Notes under the pieces: model-generated
Told to the model about the DNA's origin: nothing
Seen by the model: only the letters and a program-made list of their open reading frames with translations
Databases searched by the model: none
Made by a program: the position numbers and the translations under genes
Shown here: one piece after another, positions 16,946 to 25,617 of the stretch
Numbering within the stretch: the stretch's first letter is position 1
Layout: the number at the start of each line of letters is the position of its first letter
Origin: an uncultured Solirubrobacteraceae bacterium
Lineage (GTDB): Bacteria; Actinomycetota; Thermoleophilia; Solirubrobacterales; Solirubrobacteraceae
Assembly (NCBI GenBank): GCA_963734225.1
Contig: CAVTGI010000005.1
Coordinates: 79,176-143,175 of the forward strand
Reading direction: 5' to 3'
Length of the DNA: 64,000 nucleotides

Positions 16946-18646
16946 CTACTGTTGCTGTTGTTGCTGCTGCTGGTTGACCCACGCCCCGTAGCGCAGGTCG
17001 GGCAGCGCGGGCGGCTGGGTGTCGGCGATTGGCGGCCCCGCCCTGTCGGCGTTGTCGCCGTCCTCGAGCACCCACGTGTCCTTGGAGCCGCCGCCGCGTG
17101 AGGAGTTGACGATCAGCGAGCCGTCTTCCAACGCCACGCGCGTGAGCCCGCCGGGGACTATGTCGATGCGCTCGCCGAACACGGCAAACGGCCGCAGGTC
17201 GACGTGGCGCGGGGCGAGTACGCCGTCGGAGCAGACCGTCGGCACGGTGGACAGGCGCACGACGTCCTGGGCGATCCAGCGTTCGGGGTCGGCGAGGATC
17301 GTCGCGCGCATCCGCTCGATCTCCTCCTCGTCGGCTTGGGGGCCGATCATCACGCCGCGCCCGCCGGACTCCCCGGTGGGCTTGACGACGAGCTGCTGCA
17401 GGCGCCCGAGCACGTGCTGGAGGACTTCGGGGTCGGACAGCAAATAGGTGTTGACGTTCTCGAGGATCGGCTCCTCGCCGAGATAGAAGCGGATCATCTC
17501 GGGCACAAAGCAGTAGACGGCCTTGTCGTCGGCCACGCCGGTGCCGAACGCGTTGGCGATCGCGACGCTGCCGGCGCGGTAGGCGCGCACCAGCCCGGGG
17601 ACGCCCAGCAGTGAGTCGGGTCGGAACTCGAGCGGGTCGACGAAGTCGTCGTCCAGGCGTCGGTAGACGGCGTGCGCGCGCTCCAGGCCCCTGGTGGTGC
17701 GCATGTAAAGCACGTCGTCGCGCACGACCAGGTCCGATGCCTCGACCAGCTCGACGCCCATCTGGCGCGCGAGGAAGGCGTGCTCGAAGTAGGCGGGGTT
17801 GGCGGGTCCGGGCGTCCACACGACGACGGTGGCCTCGCTCTCGGCCGACGGGGCGACCGAGCGCAGCGCGTGCAGCAGCAACTGCGGGTAGTGATCGACC
17901 GGGCGCACGCGGTAGGAGGCGAACAGCTCGGGCACCAGCCTGGCCATGGCGGCACGGTTCTCGAGCACGTAGGAGATGCCCGAGGGGATGCGCACGTTGT
18001 CCTCGATCACCTTCCAGCTGCCGTCGCTGTGGCGCACGAGATCGCAGCCGGCCACGTGCGTGTAGACGCCGCCGGGCGGGCGGATGCCGTGCACGGCGCG
18101 CGCGAAGTGCGAGCGGGAGGCGACCAGCCGCCACGGCACGATGCCCTCGCGCACGATCTCGCGCGCGTGGTAGACGTCGTCGACGAAGTGGTTGAGCGCG
18201 CGGATGCGCTGGGCCAGGCCGCGCTTGATCGAGCGCCATTCCTCGCCGCTGAGCACGCGCGGCACGAGGTCGAGCGGAAACGGGCGATCATGAGACGATC
18301 CGACCACACCCTCCGGGTGCGGTGCCCCGCCGCTGATCTCGAAGGTGATGCCCTGCTGCATAAAGATCGCGTCACGGCGACGTCCCGCCTCGATCAGGCC
18401 CTTGGGCCCAAGGCGCCGCAGCTCGGACACCAGCGCGCTGGCGGTCGGTCGCGGCGTGCCGTCGGGCTCGAACAGCTCGTCCAGGAACGGCGGTTGTGGG
18501 CGGTATCCATTGGCCGCCGCTGTCTGCACCCCCGAGCTCACCACGAGATTTTCCCGCGCAACGAGCGCGCTCGCCTTGGACGGTTGGAGCAAGCGAGGCG
18601 CCGTCGGGTGCGCGTTTGTCTGAAGGCCCTTGATAGCGTCGGGCAT
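16946..18646 (-). CDS. circularly permuted type-2 ATP-grasp protein (DUF404/DUF407)
   Basis: 566-aa ORF upstream of the alpha-E and transglutaminase genes, the conserved triad order. Ends in 'NQQQQQQQQ*'. The true start may be a GTG at 18544, 18541 or 18529, because ATG 18646 is only 2 nt from the divergent cupin start. Confidence 0.8.
   Translation of the reverse strand: MPDAIKGLQTNAHPTAPRLLQPSKASALVARENLVVSSGVQTAAANGYRPQPPFLDELFEPDGTPRPTASALVSELRRLGPKGLIEAGRRRDAIFMQQGITFEISGGAPHPEGVVGSSHDRPFPLDLVPRVLSGEEWRSIKRGLAQRIRALNHFVDDVYHAREIVREGIVPWRLVASRSHFARAVHGIRPPGGVYTHVAGCDLVRHSDGSWKVIEDNVRIPSGISYVLENRAAMARLVPELFASYRVRPVDHYPQLLLHALRSVAPSAESEATVVVWTPGPANPAYFEHAFLARQMGVELVEASDLVVRDDVLYMRTTRGLERAHAVYRRLDDDFVDPLEFRPDSLLGVPGLVRAYRAGSVAIANAFGTGVADDKAVYCFVPEMIRFYLGEEPILENVNTYLLSDPEVLQHVLGRLQQLVVKPTGESGGRGVMIGPQADEEEIERMRATILADPERWIAQDVVRLSTVPTVCSDGVLAPRHVDLRPFAVFGERIDIVPGGLTRVALEDGSLIVNSSRGGGSKDTWVLEDGDNADRAGPPIADTQPPALPDLRYGAWVNQQQQQQQQ
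16949..16972 (-). repeat. (CAG/CAA)x8 tract encoding a C-terminal Gln8 tail
   Basis: Plus strand reads ctgttgctgttgttgctgctgctg, directly before the stop codon complement cta (16946-48). Confidence 0.95.
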
Positions 18647-18648
18647 AG

Positions 18649-19569
18649 ATGAAGATCGTCAACTTCAGCGACGGTCCAGCGCGCGAGGTTGCGGTGGGAC
18701 ACATCAAGGGCATCTGGCGCGACCTCGGACGCGCGGTGGGAACGCGCACGATCGGCCTGCGGCGCATAGAGATCGCCGAGGGCTGCTTCTCCACGCCCGC
18801 GCACGAGCATGGCGCCGACGAGGAGATTTTCTTCGTGCTCGCCGGCGAGGGCCTGCTGTGGCAGGACGGCGACACCTGCGCGGTGGCCGCCAGGGACGTG
18901 ATCGTGCACCGTCCCAAACGCGGTCCGCACACGCTGCGGGCGGGAGCGGGCGGGCTTGACGTGCTGGTGTTCGGCCAGCGCCTGGACGCGGCGCTGACGG
19001 CGCTTCCCCGCGCTGGTGTGGCCTGGTCGTTTCCGCGCTGGCTGGAGCTCGGGCAGGGCGAGGGCCCGTTTGCGTCAGAGGCCACGGTAGGCCCGCCCGA
19101 GTGCCCCGAGCCGGGTCCCGAGCGACCGGCCAACGTGGTCGCGCTGGACGACGTGCCGGCGATTCTCGGCGGGCGCGCGCGCCGCGCGGGGCAGGCGGCG
19201 GGAGCGGTGGCGAGCGGTCTCAACCACGTCGTGCTCGCGCCCGGTGGCCAGGGCGCGCCGGTCCACTGCCACTCCCTCGAGGAGGAGCTCTTTGTGGTGC
19301 TGGACGGCGGCGGCATCCTCGAGCTGTGGGGGCGTGGTGCCCAGCAGCCGCAGGAGCACGCGCTGCAGCCAGGCGACGTGGTGTCGCGCCCGGCGGGGAC
19401 GGGCGTGGCGCACTCCCTGCGCCCGGGCGCCGAGGGAGTGACGTATCTGGCATATGGCACGCGCGAGTCCAACGACATGTGCTTCTACCCGCAGACGGGC
19501 CGGGTATCGCTGCGCGGCCTGGGAATCGCGCTGGTGGCGCCAACGATCGAACACTTGCCGGAGCTCTGA
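18649..19569 (+). CDS. bicupin-domain protein
   Basis: Two cupin motifs: 'TPAHEHGADEEIFFVLAGEG' and 'PVHCHSLEEELFVVLDGGG'. Confidence 0.75.
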   Translation: MKIVNFSDGPAREVAVGHIKGIWRDLGRAVGTRTIGLRRIEIAEGCFSTPAHEHGADEEIFFVLAGEGLLWQDGDTCAVAARDVIVHRPKRGPHTLRAGAGGLDVLVFGQRLDAALTALPRAGVAWSFPRWLELGQGEGPFASEATVGPPECPEPGPERPANVVALDDVPAILGGRARRAGQAAGAVASGLNHVVLAPGGQGAPVHCHSLEEELFVVLDGGGILELWGRGAQQPQEHALQPGDVVSRPAGTGVAHSLRPGAEGVTYLAYGTRESNDMCFYPQTGRVSLRGLGIALVAPTIEHLPEL

Positions 19570-19576
19570 GGCGCTC

Positions 19577-20506
19577 GTGCGCGCTGCGATCCTGCGCGAG
19601 TACGGCGTGCCGCAGGCGGGTGAGTTTGACGAGCCGTCGCCAGGTCCAGGTCAGGCGGTCGTGGAGGTGCTCGCCGCGGGCGTCAACCCGGTCGACGTGG
19701 CGATCTGCGCGGGGCGCTACTTCGCGGGCAAGCCGTCGCTGCCGTCGGTCGCGGGCCGTGAGGGCGTGGGCATGCTCGATGGCAGACGCGTCTACTTCGA
19801 CGCGCCGGTCGCCCCATTCGGCTCGATGGCCGAGCGGGCGCTGATCGACCCCGCCTCGACGTACCTGCTGCCCGACGAGATCGAGGATGGGATGGCGGTG
19901 GCGTTGGGCATCTCGGGCCTGGCGGCGTGGCTACCGCTCACCTGGCGCGCGCAGCTGAAGGCGGGTGAGCACGTGCTGGTGTTGGGTGCAAGCGGCGTGC
20001 TCGGGCAGATCGCTGTGCAGGCCGCCAGGCTGCTGGGCGCGGGCCGCATCGTGGCGGCGGCGCGTTCGCCGGAGGGCCTGGATCGCTGCCTGGCGCTCGG
20101 TGCTGACGCGGCCGTACGCCTCGACGAGCCCGACCTGCCGGGCGCATTGACGGCGGCAGGCGACGGCCGCATCGACGTGGTCCTTGATCCCCTGTTCGGC
20201 GAGCCGTTCGCGGCGGCACTGCAGGCGGCGAGCTTCGGTGCGCGCATCGTGCAGATTGGCCAGGGCGCAGGTGCGCAGGCCACGGTCGCCTCGGCGCCGA
20301 TCCGCGGCAAGATGCTGGTGATTATGGGCCACGTCAACTTCGCGGCTCCGGCGCAGGTCAAGCGCGACGCCTATGAGCGGATGGCTGACGCGGCCGCCAA
20401 CGGCCAGCTGACCATGGAGGTGCAAGCAATGGCGCTGGAGCAGGTCGCGCAGGCCTGGGAGCGTCTGGCGGCGGGCTCACACCGCAAGATCGTGCTCGTG
20501 CCCTGA
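19577..20506 (+). CDS. zinc-binding/quinone oxidoreductase (MDR superfamily)
   Basis: GTG 19577. 'AAGVNPVDV', 'PSVAGREGVG', NAD(P)-binding motif 'GASGVLGQIAVQAARLLGA'. Confidence 0.8.
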   Translation: MRAAILREYGVPQAGEFDEPSPGPGQAVVEVLAAGVNPVDVAICAGRYFAGKPSLPSVAGREGVGMLDGRRVYFDAPVAPFGSMAERALIDPASTYLLPDEIEDGMAVALGISGLAAWLPLTWRAQLKAGEHVLVLGASGVLGQIAVQAARLLGAGRIVAAARSPEGLDRCLALGADAAVRLDEPDLPGALTAAGDGRIDVVLDPLFGEPFAAALQAASFGARIVQIGQGAGAQATVASAPIRGKMLVIMGHVNFAAPAQVKRDAYERMADAAANGQLTMEVQAMALEQVAQAWERLAAGSHRKIVLVP

Positions 20507-20596
20507 GGTTCTGAAGCCCCCACCTGCACCGGGCCCGTAGGGAGATCACGGGCCGGGTGCGAGGAGAAATGGCGGGTCCATCGCTCGATGGGGCGG

Positions 20597-22260
20597 TCAC
20601 GGGATCGTCGAGCGGCGGTTGCTGCAACGGGCCGATGCCGGCTTCGCGTTGGCGATCGCTGCTGCGGCGTCTTCGGGGGTCATGAACCCGGCGGCCACCT
20701 CGGCGTTCGCCGCTGTGGTGAACTTCGAGGCATAGCTCGCCGACGTCGGGTACAGCGATTTCAGCTTCGAGCTGCTGAAGTCGGTGAAGTACCCGGAGAG
20801 CAGGCACAGACCCGCGTCGCGCAGCGTTTCGATTGCTGATGCCGCCGGTCTCTGAAGCGTGGTGAATGCGCTCTTCCAGCTCGTTCGAGGAGCGACGAGC
20901 GGGTTGAGACTCTCTTCGCTCGGCTTGGAGAAGTTGATCGACCGAGTAGTCCTCCGTGGGCACTTCGGCTTCGGGCATGCGGATGCCGCCATTGCCGACG
21001 CCGTACTGGTTGTTGTTGACGAGGTCGTAGAGCGCCGAAGAAGACGGGGATCGTGGAGATCTGCGGGCTCGTGCGCGCGGCGCGTGCCGTTGACCAGCCA
21101 GTTCTGCATGTCCACCATCGCGGCGTTCTCGACCTCGAACAGCGACATGTTGTTCGGTCTGGTTGATGACCGTCGAGCGGCGTGCCGGTGCCCTCGATCG
21201 GCGTGCCGAATATGCACTGCGGCACTGCCACGGTCGGCTCCTCGCGCGCGATCGTCTCGATCTCGTAGCTCGCCTCGTGCGCGTCGATGTGCGAGGCGCC
21301 GGCAGTTCCCACGTGCGCAGGTCGTTGTTGTCAGGCTGGCGCGCGGCGGCAGCGTCGAGCTCGTCGATGTCGCCCTGGGTGTTCAGCTGGATGAACGGCG
21401 TCGTGTTGTCGGTGCGGATGAGCGCCGGGAACGGCGAGGTCGCGATCAGCCCGTTCGCCGATCGGCGCCGCCGTGACGGCGCGGCCGACGGCGACGAAGC
21501 CGTTGAAGGCATGCGGTGAGCGGCTGGATCGCGTTGACGTAGGTGTCGACGCGGAAGGCCGACTGCGAGTCGCCGGTGCCGATCAGCTTCTTCGGCGTCA
21601 GGCCGCCGAGCAGCGTCGCGCTGTCGGCCTTCACGACTTCTGCGGCCTGCGTGAAGATTTCAGTAGGACTGGCCGTCGTTGCTGTCGCCGAGGCCGCCGT
21701 AGCGCTTCGGGTCCCAGGTCTGACGAGGTCTTTCATGCCGGCCCTCTGTGCCGTCACGCCGACGTAGGCGTAGCCCTGCTGGATCAGCTTCGTTGTCGAT
21801 CTGCGACCAGACCGGGTCCTGGTCACCGCCGGTGGTGTCGTTGAGCCACTCGAAGACGACGGTGCCGTTGAACTTGGCCGGGTTGCGTCGGGTAGCGCAC
21901 GAGCAGGCGGGTCGTGTACGGCACGTTGCTCTGCGACACCGAGACGTCCCCATTTGCCGTTGGAGCGACCAGAAGCCGTTCTCCTTGTAGATGTTGGTGG
22001 CGCCGACATCGTGAACTCGCGTTCGACGTAGCCGTTGCTTCGCTGAGGTTGTGTTGAGCGTCGGTTCCCCGGGACGCTCGGGTTTGCGGCACGGCGTCAT
22101 ACGGGTAGCCATGTTCGCCGCTCGTCGCGGGGATTTCCGTGACTGTCGGCAGGGCCGCCGCGCTTGACGCGGCCAGCGCGCCCACCGCGCAAAGCATCGC
22201 GAGGGCCACGGCTGCGCTGGCGCCGGCCCTCGTCGTCCATTGACACACCCGCTTGCTCAT
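20597..22260 (-). pseudogene. secreted alpha/beta-hydrolase-like protein gene broken by many frameshifts
   Basis: Protein-like segments hop between all three minus-strand frames. Examples: signal peptide 'MSKRVCQWTTRAGASAAVALAMLCAVGALAASSAAALP', 'SNVPYTTRLLVRYPT', 'PAKFNGTVVFEWLNDTTGGDQDPVWSQI', 'LIQQGYAYVGVTAQRAGM', 'WDPKRYGGLGDSNDGQSY', 'IFTQAAEVVKADSATLLGGLTPKKLIGTGDSQSAFRVDTYVNAIQPLT', 'SPFPALIRTDNTTPFIQLNTQGD', 'YEIETIAREEPTVAVPQCIFGTPIEGTG', 'LYDLVNNNQYGVGNGGIRMPEAEVPTEDY', 'GYFTDFSSSKLKSLYPTSASY'. Confidence 0.75.
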
Positions 22261-22392
22261 AGCTCTCCTCCTTGCAGCGATCGAGTGGACGCAGCGATTG
22301 AGCGACGCCCATCACACGAGTCTTGACGTGACGAGACGGCGGCCGCTGCAGATCTCCAGGAGCGCATAGCCAAGCACAAACCGGAACACGAG

Positions 22393-23073
22393 TCAAGTTT
22401 CTTTATCGATGTGGGTGACGCGCTCGGCGAGCACGGGCCCAAGCTCGCTGGGCGCAATTCCATCGCGTCCGGCGGGCGTGGCGAAGCGCTCCAGGTAGCT
22501 GGCGACGACGTCCACGAAGGTCAGCACGATTGCCTCCTGCTCATCGGCGCTGCGATCGACCAGGAACACGAACTCGAACATCCGATCGAACAGGCGAACC
22601 ACGAGCTCGGCGATGAAGTCTGGGGCTCCCGCCAGCATTCCGGTGCCCCTCGTGGCCGCGCGCAGCGAGCCGGCCAGCCGCGCGTCGAGCGCTCGCACCC
22701 GCTCGACCACGGCCGGGTTGAGCCGTCCACCGAACCACACGGGGACGCCCTCCGGGTGGGCCTGGTGATGGCGCATGTGCGCCAGCGCGACCGCTTCGGC
22801 CAGGGAGCGAACTGTCACGTGCTCCAGCGCGAGCACGGCACCCGCCACCGCCCGGTCGATCTGCTCGAGCTCGTGATCGAGATACGCGGCGATGATCTCG
22901 TCTCGGTTGGCGAAGTATCGATAGATGGTTGCCACGGGGATCTGGGCGCGCGCGGCAAGCGAGCGTGTGGTCAGCATCTCCACGCCACCCTCGGCGAGCA
23001 GCTCGCTGGCGGCCTTCAGGATCGACTCGACCCGCTCGCGGCTGCGTCGCTGAACCGGCACGCGTCGCGTCAC
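22393..23073 (-). CDS. TetR/AcrR-family transcriptional regulator
   Basis: GTG 23073. HTH 'TTRSLAARAQIPVATIYRYFANRDEI'. Overlaps the upstream M20 stop by 4 nt. Confidence 0.85.
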   Translation of the reverse strand: MTRRVPVQRRSRERVESILKAASELLAEGGVEMLTTRSLAARAQIPVATIYRYFANRDEIIAAYLDHELEQIDRAVAGAVLALEHVTVRSLAEAVALAHMRHHQAHPEGVPVWFGGRLNPAVVERVRALDARLAGSLRAATRGTGMLAGAPDFIAELVVRLFDRMFEFVFLVDRSADEQEAIVLTFVDVVASYLERFATPAGRDGIAPSELGPVLAERVTHIDKET

Positions 23074-24275
23074 GAAGTCGCCTCCTGCAGCGATGCGGCG
23101 GCGGCGAGGTAGAGCACTGCCTGCGCGCGCGCGACGGCGCCGACGGCGGCGTCGGGGGGCAGCAGCTCGGGGTGGTGCAGCGGGCGCGCCTGGAAGCCCT
23201 CGGCGCCGTCGAGTCCGACGAAGGCCATGGCGATCGGCGCGAGCGCGCCGAAGAAGGCGAAGTCGTCTGAGCCGCAGGAGCGCCACTGCGGCGCGAGCGC
23301 CAGTCCGACGCGGGGCGCCAGCTCGCGCGCGAGCGCGACGATGCGGGGGTCGTTCTCCAGCGCGGGCTCGCCGGCGACGATCTGGACGCTGGCGCGGCAG
23401 CCGTGCGCGGCGGCCACCCCGGCGGCGACCTCCGTCACCAGCTCGCGCAGCGCCTGGCGATCTGCGGGCCGGTGGGCCCGCAACGATGCCCGCGCGCGCG
23501 CCCGCGAGGGAATCACGTTCTCGGCGTCGCCGCCCTCGATCACGCCAACGCTCAGCACGGCCGGGCCGTGGGGATCGATTCGCCGTCCGACCTGGGCGTG
23601 CAGGGACACGACGATCTGGGCGAGCGCGAGGATCGGGTCGCGTCCGTGATGTGGATAGGCCCCGTGCGAGGGTTGGCCTTCGACGATGATCTCGACGTTG
23701 TCGCTGGATGCGTTGACGGAGCCCGCATCGAGGGCGACCGCGCCCCACGGCAGCTCGGGGTGCACGTGCGCGGCGACGATGGCGGCGGGCGAGAGCGCGG
23801 CGAGCTCTCCGCGCGCGAGTTCCTGCGCGCCCGACGGGTAGGCCTCCTCGCTGGGCTGGAAGACGGCGAGCAGCGGGGCGGGCAGCTCCTGTTCGAGCGC
23901 GTGGGCCGCGCGCGCGAGCGCGACGAGGGCGGCCATGTGCACGTCGTGGCCGCAGGCGTGCATGACCTCGCCGCCGGCCTGGAAGGGCGCTCCCGTTTGC
24001 TCGCGCACGGGCAGCCCGTCGAGCTCGGCGCGCACGGCGACTGCGCCGACGCCGGCTGATCGATCGGCTGGGCCCACGCGGGCGATGCGCCCCGTACCTG
24101 CCGCCTCGGTGCTCGCCACTCCCAGCGCCTGCGCCACGGTCGCGGACGTGTGCAGCTCGGCATGGGCGAGCTCTGGATCGGCGTGCAGGCGATGGCGCAA
24201 CTGCACGGCGTCGGGCAGCTCGCGCTGGATGCCCTCGAGCAGGCGCTCGAGCAGCTCGTCAGTAGGCATGCGCAT
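23070..24275 (-). CDS. M20-family amidohydrolase (hippurate-hydrolase / aminoacylase-like)
   Basis: 'MHACGHDVHMAAL', 'FQPSEE', 'GQPSHGAYPHHGRDP', 'GGDAENVIP'. ATG 24275 (or 24269) overlaps the 3' end of the GS-like gene. Confidence 0.85.
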   Translation of the reverse strand: MRMPTDELLERLLEGIQRELPDAVQLRHRLHADPELAHAELHTSATVAQALGVASTEAAGTGRIARVGPADRSAGVGAVAVRAELDGLPVREQTGAPFQAGGEVMHACGHDVHMAALVALARAAHALEQELPAPLLAVFQPSEEAYPSGAQELARGELAALSPAAIVAAHVHPELPWGAVALDAGSVNASSDNVEIIVEGQPSHGAYPHHGRDPILALAQIVVSLHAQVGRRIDPHGPAVLSVGVIEGGDAENVIPSRARARASLRAHRPADRQALRELVTEVAAGVAAAHGCRASVQIVAGEPALENDPRIVALARELAPRVGLALAPQWRSCGSDDFAFFGALAPIAMAFVGLDGAEGFQARPLHHPELLPPDAAVGAVARAQAVLYLAAAASLQEATS

Positions 24276-25617
24276 AGCGTCGGCAGCGCTGGGCGAGGTC
24301 CATGTCGGCGACGGCGGCGAGCTCGGCGCGCTTGAGGCTGACGTAGCCGTCGTAGAGCAGCGCAAGCATCCAGGCCCGCGCGGTGTCGTCCTGGGCGAGC
24401 GCCTGCAGGGAGTCCTCGAGCGAGGCGGGCAGCGCGTCGACCCCAAAGCGCTCGGCCTCGACGGGGTCGAGCTGTGCGGGATCGCGATCGAGGATCGGGG
24501 GCGTGTCGAGCTTGGCGTTCAGGCCCTCGATCCCGGCCCGCACGATCGCCCCGAGCGCGAGATGCGGATTGGCGGCTGCGTCGGCACCCCGGTACTCCAG
24601 GTGCAGCTGGCGCGCGGGGTCGCCGCCGCCGAGCGACACGAGCGGCGGGATGCGCAGCAGCGCTTCGCGGTTGCGCTCAGCCAGGCAGACGGCGCCGGCG
24701 CTCCAGCGGTGGGGCCGCAGGCGCGCGGCGGACACGGGGCTGGGGGCGGTCAGCGCGCTCAGGGCGCCTGCATGACGCAGGATCCCGGCGGCGAAGCGCC
24801 CGCCCAGCTCGCTCAGGCAGGCCGGTCGCTGTGGGTCATACAGGATGGAGCGTCCTGCGCTGTCGAGCACGTCGAGGTGGATGTGCACTCCGTTGCCGGC
24901 CGCGTTTGGGTGCAGCAGCGGCACGAAGCTCGCACGCAGCGCATGTTGGCGGGCGACCTCGCGCACGACCTCTCTGAGGATCACGGCGCGGTCGGCGCTC
25001 GTCATGCCAGCGGCGGGCGCGACGGGGATCTCGAACTGATGGTCGGCGAACTCGGCGAAGAAGCGCTCGGGCTGCACTCGGGCCTGCGCGAGCGCGCGCA
25101 TGACGTCGGACGGGAAGGGTTCGGCGGTGCGCTGCGCCCGCAGAGAGAACGGCAGCTCGGGCGGGGCGTCGAGCAGCAGCTGGAACTCGTGCTCGAAGCT
25201 GGCGGTCAGGTGCAGGTCGAATTCGTGCTCGAGCCGCTCCAGCGCGTCGCGCAAGAAGCGCCGCGGGCAGCACTCCCATGGCGCGCCGTCGGTGTGGACG
25301 ATGTCGCAGAGCAGAAGCTCGAGGGCGCTGTGGGAGGACTTCGATCCGGGGACCCCATCCACGGACCCCTCTACCCGTACGCGCGTGTCGGGATCGGGCA
25401 GCAGGCGCAGGTCGCCGGTGGAACCGTAGGGGTTGGGTTCGGCGATCGGTCCGAGCGGGGTGAGCGCATGGTTGGCGGGCACCCAGCCGACCCCGGCGCC
25501 CAGGTGGGCGTCGAGCTGTGAGGCAAACAGCGAGCGTCCGCGCACGATCGCGCCGAGGTCGCAGCAGACCAGCGCGATCAGATCGCCCGAGCTCGCTCCA
25601 GGATCGTGGGCGCTCAC
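24259..25617 (-). CDS. glutamine-synthetase-family (gamma-glutamyl ligase) protein
   Basis: 452 aa. 'FEHEFQLL', 'ASFVPLLHPNAAGNGVHIHLD', 'RIPP'. GTGA overlap with the upstream gene. Confidence 0.8.
   Translation of the reverse strand: MSAHDPGASSGDLIALVCCDLGAIVRGRSLFASQLDAHLGAGVGWVPANHALTPLGPIAEPNPYGSTGDLRLLPDPDTRVRVEGSVDGVPGSKSSHSALELLLCDIVHTDGAPWECCPRRFLRDALERLEHEFDLHLTASFEHEFQLLLDAPPELPFSLRAQRTAEPFPSDVMRALAQARVQPERFFAEFADHQFEIPVAPAAGMTSADRAVILREVVREVARQHALRASFVPLLHPNAAGNGVHIHLDVLDSAGRSILYDPQRPACLSELGGRFAAGILRHAGALSALTAPSPVSAARLRPHRWSAGAVCLAERNREALLRIPPLVSLGGGDPARQLHLEYRGADAAANPHLALGAIVRAGIEGLNAKLDTPPILDRDPAQLDPVEAERFGVDALPASLEDSLQALAQDDTARAWMLALLYDGYVSLKRAELAAVADMDLAQRCRRYAHAY

Noticed and set aside
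16848-18239. 463-aa Arg-rich minus-strand ORF and several plus-strand ORFs (17611..18195, 17672..18652) overlapping the ATP-grasp gene.
   Set aside because: Extreme Arg/Pro/Ala composition. The other minus-strand frame encodes the conserved ATP-grasp protein.
20358-21512. 384-aa minus-strand ORF overlapping the 3' end of the quinone oxidoreductase gene.
   Set aside because: Only its central part ('SPFPALIRTDNTTPFIQLNTQGD', 'LYDLVNNNQYGVGNGG') is protein-like, and that part belongs to the multi-frameshift pseudogene. The remainder is Arg-rich read-through.
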